From the NCBI GenBank assembly GCA_030141605.1, contig JAQGDQ010000526.1, forward strand, positions 84,804-148,803: a stretch of DNA of 64,000 nucleotides. Reading direction: 5' to 3'. Numbering within the stretch: position 1 is the stretch's first letter; each line of letters starts with the position of its first letter. The DNA comes from Tubiluchus corallicola. Taxonomy: Eukaryota; Animalia; Priapulida. This document shows positions 31,418 to 45,800 of this stretch, in pieces. Below the pieces are notes generated by a model that saw nothing but the letters and a program-made list of their open reading frames with translations, was not told the origin of the DNA and ran no database searches. The position numbers and the translations under genes are program-made.

Positions 31418-33581
31418 CTATTTACGAACAACCTGGCGCACCTTATTTTGCTGTTCTAGTGTTATTTTAGCCGGTTTCACTTCATTTTTATGTCTCATTC
31501 CATTCAGCATGATAAACATAACTTCAATAAACTCAAATATCGTCAGAATAGAACAACCAAAGCACAATCCAAGTGATCCTCCGAGTTCAGACATCAATGT
31601 CTGCCACTGAAAAAACGTAACAACATAGAATCAAGCTGCACTGAATTCAAACAGTTATTGAAGACGTTACAAAGGCCATTTTCTGACAAAAAAATAATTA
31701 TTGAGTTACTGTATTGGCATCATTGAGCCATTACTGTTTTAAATAATAAAAGCAGCATAAAAAGATGATGGTTTAGTCAAGCAATAAGCCAATTATATGG
31801 GCATGTACGACGGTGAAAGAACTCGGACAAAAAACCGATAAACACAAATTTGGGTCATGTGTGCCTGTGGTGTGGCTGCTCATTATTTCATACTACAAGA
31901 ATGAAACTTTTACTTAGATGCATAAATACTTACAATGTTTAGAGCAAAATTAGATAGAGAAATGCGATATGTTTAAAAAAAACGAGGTATCAAGATTAGA
32001 AAAATTTACAAATAGCCAACATTGGCAATCAAATGAAGATTAAAAGCAAAAAGCTCAACAAAATTGGTTATGCTGTTTGAACGGACAATTAAGCAGGATA
32101 CAGTTACATCAAAACAATGTGCAAACAAGTGTAATGGAAAACAAGCAAGAGCACGCTTGCAATGCAGTGAAGAACAGCTTGCTAGAAACCCATGCGTGCC
32201 CAACCCAATGCTTCCCAAACACATTTGTATTCGCCGAGGAAAATGTAGATATAGTTTGAACATTTATTCGTTTAGAATAATCATTTAATTACCTCTAAAA
32301 TAACAATGCATGTTGTAAGTAACTTGTATTGTGCTTAGATTTACATACTATCACGAACTCATACTGTATTAAAATTTTGAAGTGGATTTGAACCATGGCC
32401 TCGGATTACAAGTTCTTCGGTGCCATGACAAGTAAATAATTTCTAGTACTCATAATGTGGTCTATCAATCCAAAAATCACTCCATCAAAGAAATGCTCCG
32501 TTCAGTCCCAAATCTTTTTTAATCATTAATTGATAATCTTGAAACTGGGGTCATAACTACTAATAATTAGCATGAGTTGGTGCATAAATTAATTACACGC
32601 CTACTGATCCTACCAAGATGATTATTTGCACATTCAGCTATACTATTAATAAGGTCAACTAATATAACAGATTTTTGTGGAATAGATGCAATATAGAAAT
32701 ATTTATAAAATCAGCACACGGGGAATACTCATAATTTATTTTGTAATTTTATAACAGCATGCCCATATGCTAGTTTGTAGTGTATTTTTAGCATATAAAT
32801 GGTGCCACAATAGTTTGTAGCACAAATTCAAGGTAGCGAGTTCTCTGTGAAACATTTTAGGATATTAGTAGTTATAATGCCTTTGGCATTTCTTTTGCTG
32901 AAGAATGATGTATAAGGCAAGTAATTAATTCAATGATGAACACGTAATATTCAAAATGATTGTCGACAGATATATATAATACAATAGTTATACACGTGCT
33001 CACAGTATCATAAAAAGAAAACAACTTTTAGTAAGAGCTTATAAAATATTAAAAAGCATGTCACAAACGCTTTGACTGCAGGCTACAGTCAGCATCAGTG
33101 ATAGATTACACAAACAAAAAACCAGTTATGTAGGCAGAGCACGACTACAGTACCGACCAGGTTTCTTTTCTACAAGAGTGTCAATTCATTACATATTTGA
33201 CTTCGTGGTATAGAATTATAAAAGTATATAATTAGTAAATTTCTGTACTGTGAGCTCCACTTTTCTAACTTGCTGTTTGTTTGTGTAACCTATCACTGAT
33301 GATGACTGCAAGCTGTAGTCGAAACATTTATGACATGCTTTTTAAGATTCTATAAGCTTTTAATAAAAGTCGTTTTCTTTTTATGATATTTGTATTCTGC
33401 TTATTTATTCTAAAATATGCCTGTTTTATTACCGTATAAGCGGGCGCTTCTTCGATTGATTCGTACGAAAGGTCAGTGTAAAAAATGTCTAGTTTCACAA
33501 AATTGTCCCTGAAAAATTGCATAAGCTCACAGTTTTTAAAAGCAATTGAACACATAACTTGTAGTTTTCATCTATATGAAC

Positions 33582-33628
<47 letters not shown>

Positions 33629-33686
33629 TCTCTCTCTCTTCTCTTCTCTTCTCTTCTCTTCTCTCCTCTCCTCTCCTCTCTCTCCG

Positions 33687-33718
<32 letters not shown>

Positions 33719-33730
33719 TCTCTTCTCTCC

Positions 33731-33816
<86 letters not shown>

Positions 33817-36800
33817 CCTCTGTCGTCTCTCCCCCTTTCCCTCTCTCCCCCTGTCCCTCTCTCTCTCTCTCTCTCTCGCTCTCTCTCACCCTAAAGCAAA
33901 AAGACTTAGCAAACTGTTAACTGAAATCCCCCACAAAATTTGCGGTTTCAAATTTTTTTCACTACAATTTTGCTGCATTTAAATTTTGATAAATTACTGA
34001 AAGCTACTGCCAATAATGTAAATTTAATTCTTAATTATTTTATTAATCAATAAAGCTGCTGCCAATTTTTCTTGGTTTGCAGAGATGGAGAAAATTGCAA
34101 TAGGGTTTATTCAAATGAGTGTGAAAGAACTGGCCAGAGTGTCTGGCTTTAGCCTATAATACTGCTGTAGTTAGAAGATTAAAATTAGGGTGGTGTGACC
34201 CCGTTGGGCTATATACGTAAAAAGATTATAAAAATACCTTATAAACATAGCATATCCATCTTCGAGGTTGTCTGTTATGTTAACAGCCATGTTTTCCTCT
34301 AACTTAAAACACACTAAAACAGAACAAATTTGTTAATATTATTTGAAAGTCAGAATCTTCAACAGCAGAGTATAAACCCTTTAAGATGGGAATTGGCAAA
34401 ACAACATTTGCTCCTATGTTTATTGTATAAGGAGATTGGGTTGGCCTAAGACATGCATACAAGACGCTTTGTGAGTAATGTTCCAACTGATTTTCTATAT
34501 AGACCATGCATTAAAGATTAGTACAGTGATATATTAATAGTTCCTAAATGCTTATTACTCCCAAAACAGAGATGCATTTGACTTCCAATATACTTGTTGT
34601 CTCTGCCACAATATATCAAGAAATAACCCTACTACGTCTTAAAACAATCATTAATTCCAATGAAACCCGTTGCAATATTTTTCACAATTGTAAGTGACAG
34701 GTGGTAGGCTTTCAAAATCCAAGATAGAAGATTATTTTATTCATACTGATTACAAAGTCTTTCTCAATGGCAAAATTGATTTTTGCTACAACAATGCAAT
34801 TTTTTGTTCCAAACCATAGTTGTCGTTGAAATATTTTTATTAAATGACAGTACAGCTATAAAGATTTTTTCTATACAAACCACCCTAGGCAAGGCCACTT
34901 GAAAGAACCAATAAATTCAAATAAGATATTCAAATAATCACTTCATCAGTGATACAATGGAACAACTGTGTAATGAATATTTTGTTGAATTCAATACTAC
35001 ATATAGCCCTTTATTATGCACACACACGTAATTTTTGTGGTTAACGAGATAGTAGCTGCACTATTATATTGTGGTAATGTCGGCCAGCCAGTTTCTATGC
35101 ACTCTAAATATTTCGCATGAGAGCTAGATTAGATTTTTATAGCATGCTGAGCCAATCAGCAGAGCCGATTAATTTCCAGTGGCCGATATTAGCCAAATCA
35201 GATTGGGGTAATTCAGTCATCGGCTAGTAGCCTAAAACGTAAGATTGTTCACTGTGAAAGCAGAAACTGAATTGGTGAACCTACTGATTAGACGACTAGC
35301 TTACCAATATGCTGAAGCAAAAAGCATAAAAGGTTTTTCAGAGAACACCAAGTTAGCAGGATTCGACTGATTACAGGCTTTCGTGTCTCGTCGTCCCCAG
35401 CTTTCTATCAAGAGACCAGCAAATTTGTCTTTGGGTCGAGCCATGAACTTCAACGAGGTTGTGGTAAAAAATCATCAAAGTGATGAGCGAAAACGACTTA
35501 ATTGGACAACCATGTGGAATCCGGATGAAACGGGTCTGCAAGATCTTTTTGAATAGACCGAAGTGATCCCATTCACCCGGGGCGTTCTGACTGGACACGA
35601 CAAAGATGAAACTACAACTCTCCTCAGTGCTAGCAGTGAAGTTGGATGACTGCTCGACATCTCATCATTTTCAAGGGCAAACGACAGTGACATGATTTAC
35701 AGTACGAAACTGCAATTGGAGACCTTTGTCAGAACGTCTGAATCTGGTTGGGTTAAAGACGAACTCGTTACTGAATGGGGTTGCAGTTTCGTTCGATATC
35801 TGCCTTTTAAAGGTGCATTAGGTGACAAAAACTTGCTCGTATTGTATGGACACACGACACACTAACTCAACTTCGACTTTATCAGAACCATGCGAGAGAA
35901 CAACATCATACTATGGTGTATACCACGTCATGCTTCCCATCATCTTCAGCAACTAGACAAAAACGTATTTTCATCCTTGAAACAGTCCTGGAATTAACTT
36001 AGCAAAGAAAAGACATACACAATAGCTGATCGTCTGCTGGACATGCAAGACTTTACCGCTTGCCTTCACATCTAAAAATATCAAAAATGGATTCATTAAG
36101 AACGGTAATATATCCCTTCAATACAACTCGCATTTCCAGCGATTTTCTGCCAAGTAAAAATATCGATAGATAATTGCCTAATGTTGCACTTCAGCCTGAA
36201 ATCATGGACGTAAACTATGCTGTAGGAGTCCGAGATATGAGCCTTATACACATTGAAAGTAAGGCGGCTGTTGATATGGAACATGATAATCCACAACCAA
36301 GCACTTTTGATCATTACGTCCCTGCCAATAACCATCACGAGGCATCAAAATCTGCCACACTGCCCGATTGTTCACATCCATCAGGTCCTCGAGAAGTACG
36401 TTTCGCAGGCATCACCAAGAAGGTGGAAAATCAGCACAAGAAATGCGTTAGAAGAAGACCAGAAAAAAGTCCATCACAAAATTTAACAAGCTCACTCCAA
36501 ATGAAGCTCATCTCATCTAACTATGAAGTTCCATATGAAGTTCATCTCATCTAAGAAAAACAACGGCATCATCGATTTTAAAGCAAAAAACTAAAGATAT
36601 GTTGGCTTGATGAATGAATTTTGTTAGAAATTTTTTAAACATGACTATATTATTTTGATGCCAAAATTCTGTTTTCACGATTTGGTATGTAAAATAAAGT
36701 ATGTCGGCATATGAGAAGCAACAGTATTTTGACTTGAGTAATTTTGTGATAAGTTATTGAATAGTATTTAGTCTGAGAGTGTCACGGTATGAACGACATT

Positions 36801-39800
36801 TCTGTAATAATGAGATGTTACTAATAATAAGACATGACAAATATTCACCAAGTGCTTAGAATGTATCAAAACGCACGGCTGTCAGCCGGGCCGACATTAC
36901 GCTATCTCGTGGCCGATACAAGTTGGCTTTAACAGGCCAATATTGTCCTGATTTAAACTATACAGAGTGCACAAGTAACACGACCGATATTACACTGAAT
37001 TGAACGACATAAACCATTTCCTTGGATTCCTGTAAAGCAGACAAATCCGACGATGCGTCTGCTAAGTGCTAAGCCTGTGCATATAATAATAGTGATAATA
37101 TAAGGTAAATCATCGAGGAAATCTAAATGTGGACGTTATTACCCCCAATATACCATGTTAGAAATAAGGTACCTCTACAAAGAATAAGTAATTCATAAGT
37201 TTAATGAATTAGCAGAAATTGTTATGTAGACAAACCAGCTTAGGAAGCATGCCTTTTCTTCCGTCTATATTTGTCTATATTTGTCAACGTTCTAATGTTG
37301 TCTATATTCTAATGTTGAATCAACCACAATAGTCTCAGATCTGACGCCATAATACGATATATACAACAGATGCTCTTTACATGCCTTGCTGGCAAAAACT
37401 TAATAGTTTAAAGATGAAAAAGATTTTCAAGTAATGACACAATGATTTTTTTTGTAACAAATCTTGTTTAAAAAAGCTGAAAAGTTTTACTGTCTTCAAG
37501 TTCATGCAGATCCGTTTCAGCAAAGGATAATATTTCCATGAACTCTTCACTCGTACATGCACGTCTAAACATGGTTTCGAGAAAACTTTTCTGGAAAAAA
37601 TATATTCCGTTAAAAATTTTACAAACAAAACACAAAATACTTCCATCTCTATTCTATTAAAATAAAGCCAAGATTATTATACAAGTATTTGAATTTTAAA
37701 CCCAGAACAGTTTGACATTCACTGAAAGCACACATAATTTGTAATTTAATAACAAATAATGAATATAGCAAGAATTATAGAGAAATTCATATTTTTTCAA
37801 GCTGTTTGGTTGGTCTTTCTCTCAAAACGACCCTAGCTTTGTGGCAAAAAACAGAAAAGAAATAGCAATCCTAAAGTTATTAATTGACATACTTCGTTAT
37901 TAGGAGCTGGCCAGTATGACGACATCTGCACAAAATTATATTTGTATTCTCTGAAAAAAGCAACAGAAATATTTTATAGATTAAGTTTCGTGACTTTTTT
38001 AAATTTGAAATACTTTAAACACTACTATTAAGTCTTAAAAATTTCTGGCTCATCACACCTCATGAAATTTTTTCCTGGTTTTTAGATACTAGTTTAGAAA
38101 CTAATAAAGCAATTTGACGATGTTATCATATTAAGGAAACACATAACTTTTACCGTTTTTCATGTGCATTCGCTTAAGAATGTCATACGTACTTGCAAGG
38201 AAGCCTGCAATTACAATCTAAAGGGGATAGAGAGGAAAAGCTCGTAGCACAGGCGCTGTTTTCTGCAAAAGAAATGCATAAATATCTAATCAGTTTGCTG
38301 ATCAAGTGCATCACCTTTCTCATGTTTTGAAATTTTCGCCTCTTTTGACTGCTCCACGTATACTTCTGCATATGACACAACAACTTAGGGTACGTTAGTA
38401 ATCCACATAAATACTCCAAACGTTTTTTAACCACTCTGGTACTTATAATGCCCGATTGTCAATGCACTGTTATTGATGGGTAAAATGGATGAAAAATGTG
38501 GAATTCTGCTGCACTTTGGCCATCTTGTCACATTCTGAATAACATCTAATCGCCTATTGTTAGTTTTTAAATCTATCAAAGTCTAAAATGCTTAAAACGA
38601 AATGTTTTGGATATAGGCACGTGGTGCCTCCTTGTGTTTGTTTTTTGCAAATTTAGGCTGTTGATAAACAGGTGAGCTAGAACAGGAAATAGGCCATTGG
38701 CCTCATTTTGCAGACAGGATAGGTAAGAAGTCATTCTTGTTCAGTACGTCGTGTCGTTTTATCACAAAATTTTGTCGGCCGAGTTCTCTTTAGCAAGTTA
38801 GTAAGATGCGGCAAAGATGTAAATTTGATTTCTTCATATTTCATAATATTATTACACATTTTCATTATAACAGTTAATTATCCTTTTGACATTGGATAAG
38901 CAGGAAATGTTTTTATTTGCTTCAGATAAAACGAAGTCGAGTCGCACATAATATGTCAGTCAGTCAGTCAGTCAGTCAAATATGTCATGATGTGATAGTG
39001 ATTTTAGGATGAGACGATGATTGCCCATTTTGGACAATAAAAAATCCTAAATTACATCTAAAAGACTGTTGAACTTGTATTTAGCGCATGTCAACTATAT
39101 TGAGCATTCAAATAAAATGTAGTACTGTTTCTAACCAACTTATAGTATAGAAGCAATGCCACTCTTGTGAGAATTTTGCCCTCGTACTTTTAGAAGACGG
39201 AAGAATTATAAATAATATGCTATTATCAATATTACAATTTTGGCGATATAAACATTGTTTAAATAACATTGCTTAAAGCTAAAAAAATCAGAGCATTAAT
39301 AGTGCACACTTCACAAACTAAGCAAATGCAAAAATTACTTTCTAAATAAGATTGATAAACTGTTTTATGGTGAGTTAGTGACATTTTTGGTGCACTCTGG
39401 GATAGTGAGCCAGTGACGTTTTAGCAGTTAGCATGAACATTTTAAATGTCATTCAACTAGATAAGCCGAATGTTAAATAATATAATTTTGTATAGAAAAA
39501 TTTTTGAGATGTATTTATAAATTTCCCTATTCTTTTCGTTTAACAAAAAGCACGCATTAAACTACAAACATAATAATTAATTCTTTACACTGTCCTTACC
39601 TTTAGTTGTGCAGATAGACACATTATTCTTTCTAAGAGTTGGGTAATAGTAGTTATGAATAATGCAGCCACACGTTGTAAGCATTTTGTTGACAATGCAA
39701 TTTTCGGTGCAAGCCTAAAAATGTTATCCACAAATTCGGTAAAAGTTCTTAATAAACAACAAGGACCAACAACAAGTACAAGTTGTAGGAGACAAATCAA

Positions 39801-42800
39801 GTTTTTTTTAAAAAATGCATCTATTTTAAAAGTCTGATCTAGGAACGAAAGTCACACAGCTGTAATTAATTTTATGATCTCATCAGAGAGGGCACTTTAA
39901 TTTGGACATGTACTTAGTGGATACACTGTTTTTCACAAAAAAATTCAAACAGTGAAATGAATATTACCATATACTTTTCAGGAAAGGAATAGTTTTATAT
40001 ATCATTTATATGCACTCCTTTTGAAAGTCCAAATCTTCCTTATTGAAATAGAGGCTGCTGAATTGCTGTGACAGCACGTTACCATGCCGTTCTCACGCAA
40101 TCAACGAGGTTCTTTTAGTTTATTCTCCTAGCCACAGAGCAACATGTCACGCATGGTCCTTGTTACTATTAATAACTGCGATGACGGTTGGTGTAATAAA
40201 CATCAGATAAAGTCGGATTAAAATGATCAGATAAAGTCGCCATTGGTTATTATCCAAAACAAGAACAACAATGAACGTGCGCTCAAACTCAGGCGCTAAA
40301 CCAATTGTAACAGTGCAGTGCCATCTATCTTGATTTATGTAACTCATGATTAATGAACATACTCTTACCATTACAATAACATTTGTTTTTATTGCTTTTT
40401 GTTTATCATTATTTTGTTAGCAACAAAAATTTTATCTGCCGTTCCACCTATTTCTAAAAGAAAATGACTGTAACCGTTTTGATCAATAAGTTAATGCTAT
40501 TATACTTGCTTGGCACTAGCAAGGGTAATATACTGCACATTGTCATTCATATGTAATTTATTGATGTATAATGATATATGTCAATATTTATACCTTGAGT
40601 GCATTTTACATGACGATCAAATGCATTTTAGATAAAATCCTAGAAATAAGAACAGGGTGATAAACTATAAAAGTTGCACATAAACTGTGGCACACTAATT
40701 GATTAAAAGTGCATTGAATACGACAAAAAAGAGAATAATCATGAAAATACAGAAAATTCAGTAAAAGATAACACAAGACATTAACTTGGGTGCAGAAAGC
40801 CTTATTACACGAACAAGTTTTTTCAGACTCTTTTAAAACTGTCAAGCGACTTGATCTGACAGTTGCAGAAACAGAGAATTCTGCAGTTTGTAGGCAGCAG
40901 TACCAAATTAATGATTTATTCCCGCAAATAACAAGGGTGGTGCACAGCACTTCAAGATTACTTCTACATGAGCAACATATTAATCCTTTATGAAGGATAC
41001 ACAGTTTCAAAAGGATATACAGTCTCAGAAGGTCTGATATGCGAGTAAGTGAAAGACTATTGTACGCTATCAAGATGAATCTAAATGTTACTTTGTGCAC
41101 AGTTGGCAACCATGGTTATTCTCCGAGCACTGGAGTTAACTGGTAAAATTCCTAACAGCGAGTTATTAGCTTAGTGGCTGACTTAAGTTCATTTAACAGT
41201 AAACACCCAAGAAAAAATGACGCCTGGAATGTCAGAACATTAGAAAATGTTTACAAAAATTCCGATTTTTCCTTGAAATCCCATGCAGCAGTGAAGCCGG
41301 GCGCTTTTTTCCGGGCGTCCAATTAGCTGCAGTTACTTGAAGCATTGAATACTTGCCATATTTCTCATATAAAAAAATACAGTTAATAATATTAGTCACG
41401 GTCATGTCAGACCTGTTTGCTTTTTTTTAAAGTTCTGCTAACCTCAAAACCTGAAAATATACATAATATAAAATAAGTATATGTGTGCATTATTATTCTT
41501 TTTCATGAATATAACCATCTGTCGTGTTGACAAAAGGTATAACAGTAGAATATACTTTAAATGTTTATTGATACAGAAGTTTCCACAGAAATATAGGTGA
41601 AATGATGTCTGCATATAATGTCTTGTAAAAGCCAACTGGTAGTACAGAATATAGCAAACTTGAGCAGCCGTTCATTATTTGGTTAAACCCATTTTTAGAA
41701 TAGGTAACAGATAGATAGAAGCCATATCAACTACAGTAATAGCGGTTTTACAGGTTATTAATCTAATTGCAAATTAAATGTATTTTTTATGATTTTCGGT
41801 CGTTCACAACGACACCATCGATGTTGCATTAATAAAGCATAGAATCGCCGGTCTGTTAAAAGAGAGATTAAATCTTATACTTTTATGCTGAAATGAGTTA
41901 ACTGATGTTCGTTAAATAAGTAAGAAGCAAGTGACAAGTTAAATTTGAGACTGAATCACTCGAGGATTCCCCACGAAAATGGAAAATGCAGGAATTTCCA
42001 TACAGCAGAATTCCTCGCGATAAGGATCTAGCTGGATCTAGCAGAATTCCTGATGAGAAATTGCAATAGAAAATTGCCGCGCGTCCTCACTGTGACATGG
42101 GCCTCGCGTACATACTGAAGGTTTTGAATGATATAGGGAAAGACCATACAATAAACTGTTGCAGCAATCCATTCAGAACTAACAAAAGCTAGCATACGTC
42201 AAGATTTCACAAGTATTTTTCGCACGAAATATTCTAATTTTTTATACATCATGCAAATAAAAATATGAAGATTTACTAACACTGCTAATGTGAAAGACCA
42301 TTGAAAGACAATCGTTCATAATTACACAAAGGTTTACTGCATTACTAGACATCTCAATACGATTTTTGCCAAACAGAACAACAACAACAACAACAACAAT
42401 AAAAGCATGTATCCAAATCCTCTCGGCTAATGTTGCTAGGTTCATTTGATGTTTTCACAGTCACACAGCTTATTCGAATCTTTGCTCAATAGAAGAGAGA
42501 AAGGAAAACAAAAAGACAAGAAGTTAAAAGTGAAATCTGAAGAAAAGTAATTATTTGCAAAAGTACTGCCAAATAACGAAATAATAAAGGCAAAAGCAAA
42601 TTTGTTCAGACTTCATACCTTAGTGTTGTACTGTTCTTCAGGAAAAAGGGTAACATTATCATAAATATCGCTTCCATCAGTGCAATTACCATAAGGAATT
42701 TTCTCCAAAGAGACATTTGTCTGAAACATAAATCTGTAGCTTGTAAAAAATCGCTATGTTCGTAAGTAGACTCACTCTTATTCAATAATCATAATTTATT

Positions 42801-45800
42801 TAATATTCTTATATGCATTATTATGGTATAAGCAACAAGAACACGGTAATTTTAAAGCCTAAATTTATTTCTAAAATATGCAAATCAGTACACACAAAAA
42901 CATAGAATACACTAAGTAAGCAAAAATAATAATAGGAGCTCCTGTTGTACATCCCAGAAGTCATAATCTAGGAATGTCTTGTTAAAAGTCAAAGATATTG
43001 TTGTGAATCCTCTGGATCCTTTTCATGGAAACTACGTTTATATGAGCAGTAATCGTACACTTAGTGCCTTATCTTGTAGGAATAGTCGGCAAAGAAACAC
43101 ATTTCGTACCTAGCCAAGTGTTTATGTGCAATAGTAGTGCTGAGTTTTTTTTAAGTCAGCTTATTTTAGCTGGCAGAATCACTCGTTATGTTAAGTATAC
43201 TTGTTTTTAATAGCTCTATATTGTAACTAAATTCCCTTTGGGGTACAAACAAACACATACAAATCTTAATCTTAACACAGCACATTAACTGACTAAAAGT
43301 ATGTTGAATGTGAAAAGAGAATCAAAAATCGCAAAACACAGAAAATTTAGTAGAATAATACAGATAATACCAGTTATTTACTAGAGTCATGTGTTGTCGC
43401 GAATCAGTAAATATTCGCAGGGAACGTAGGGAACAACAATTTCTTCTTTTTTGTTAATGTGGAACTATTTGGCAAGGTGGCGAAAGAGTTGGGAACTACT
43501 TTTTTAGCAGACGGAAAGAAACCCGCTTTTGTGTTAAATTTTTTACAGAGTTTGGCGTTATTTTGTATCTTTGTTTTAATAAAAGCGTTGAGAGCTCTGA
43601 TTAATCAATGTGTTTGAAGCATTTATTTTCGCCTGCCTGCGTTTTATATTTGTTTGAAACAAGCGCTTACCCAGATATCAGAGGGGTCGCCTAGTTCCCC
43701 CCTCGCAAAGGTAAAGTTTTTTGTTAAATTTAATCATCATTGACCAATGGTAGAACTGTAGAAGTGCTACTCGGGACGTAAACGGAGGGCATTTTCTAGT
43801 ACATGTTTTGCTTCTCAAAAAGCATTAATTATATAGAATAAAAGGAAAAAATAAAATAAACATGAAATAATATTACAACATGGACTATTTCAATCAAACT
43901 AAAATGGCTACTGTAAATACAGTTCACTGCACTTATCATTGATCTAATTCGTATTCTCATTTATTTCATACCACATGTGAAAGTCCCATAGGAGCTGCTA
44001 TGCTGATATATATATATATATATTAAAAATCACTTAAATCATATCGCATATGTTTGAACTTAATACGTTATTAGTTTCTAGACCACTTCAGGTCAACTTG
44101 TCCTTAACAAGTGCAAATAACTACTCTTTATATTTCAGTAAACAAATATAATTTAATGTACAAATGTAAGCAATAAACCTCAAAGAGTGTTTGGTTTACG
44201 AGCTAAGCATTAAAAATTTTTGCCCTTGGAGTGCAGTGATTTCCTGGAAGGTATGGCTTCACATGAGGTTTTACTTAACATTATGATTTGCTGGAATGCA
44301 TTTGCTTTGTTAAGTGATCAATTAATTTAATACACCAATGTACGCGCTGGTACAACCAAAAAAGTCATCTAACTAAGTTAGCAAAGTCAAACATCGTTAT
44401 AACGCCCCCCCCCCTTTTATAACGCCAACATTGCTTAACGCCATATTAATGCACCTCGTTATAATGCCAAACTCGCTATAATGCCAAAATTTTGCAGTCC
44501 TAAAGTAGGAAGTATAAAGAGGTTTGACTGTGTAACAAATATACGCTAAAAAGAAATCAAAGATATGACTTTTTTCTAACCTAAACCTAGTCCGACCCTC
44601 TTGGAATCATTTTAACAGGTTTTCTTGCAAGTTTACCTTTATTCAATTAAAATGTCTGATGAAAAACAAGAGGCAGTCATAGTCTAGACCATACGATGTT
44701 ACGAAATAAAATCGTTAAAAAAATTAATTGCTAACTGTCATGTTAAGAAAGATGTGTTTACCATTGTAAGACCAGAACCAGTTGCAAATCCAGGTGGAAC
44801 GTCAAAGCCACTTTCTACTGGAAATGGTGTGTGCCCTGGATTGTGAATCACTACGTGGACTCCAGATTCACTAATTGATTCCAGATAATCTTTTGCATTA
44901 ATGAAAAGGATCAGTGATAGCCCTAGCAAGATTAGAGCAAAAGTTGTTTTTATTGCGAATATTTTTTGCATACAGTAAAGTTATTTCAGATTTCAGATTT
45001 TTCTTTAAAAGGTGCTGTAAAAACGTTAAATGGGCATTCTTGTGGCGAAATTTTGAAAACTAATGAGAGAGTTTTTAAGTTGAAACTTATCATGCAGAAA
45101 ATCACCAGTGTACCACTCATTACCTTTATGCGCTCCTGCCCTTTTCACACTTCTTGTTTTGGTAGCACGTGGTGTGTTGTTGTAACCGTCATTGAATGTA
45201 AAACATCTGCCAAAACTTGGGTCATCTATTGCTTTAAAATCCCTGTAAGAAGTTACGCAGACTATACCTAGCACATTACAGAAGTTTTTCATCAGTATGG
45301 ATAAGTTAATACAATAAAATTAGCATAAAATAACAGAAAGAAAGAAAAGGGATAATGCTGTAAGGCAGTGAAAAGAATAAAGGGGCAGTTACACAGAGCA
45401 AAACAAAATAAGCTGGTTTAGCATAGGACAAATGGCGAAGCACGCAAAAGCAGTATGTTGTGAAGAAAAAAATGGAAGAATAAAACAATGGGACAGAAAA
45501 ACTAAAAAATAACACAACTGTTACGAATGTTTGCACAAATTAAAAACTAAATAAAACTGGAAACTACCTTGGTATGTCACAAGCAAAGCCCATCCAAGTG
45601 CAGTTAATGATAAATCTCTGCGGTGGGGCGCTAACAATGTCTTTTAGAGTTGCGTTTGTGTTAACTTTGATCAGAATTTCTGCAATATCAACGACTTCCT
45701 GGTCAAAATACATCACAGTCGTTTCTGAATTGCCACTTCCGCTCTGGAGAAAAATTAGAAAAGTAAAATTTGATGTTAGAGAATAGACTATGCTGATAGC

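Noticed and set aside
33485-33982. LS-rich and ER-rich ORFs
   Set aside because: (CT)n microsatellite artefacts
36174-36554. 126-aa ORF as a host gene
   Set aside because: Lies inside the pogo element's TIRs, downstream of the DDE domain; transposase tail
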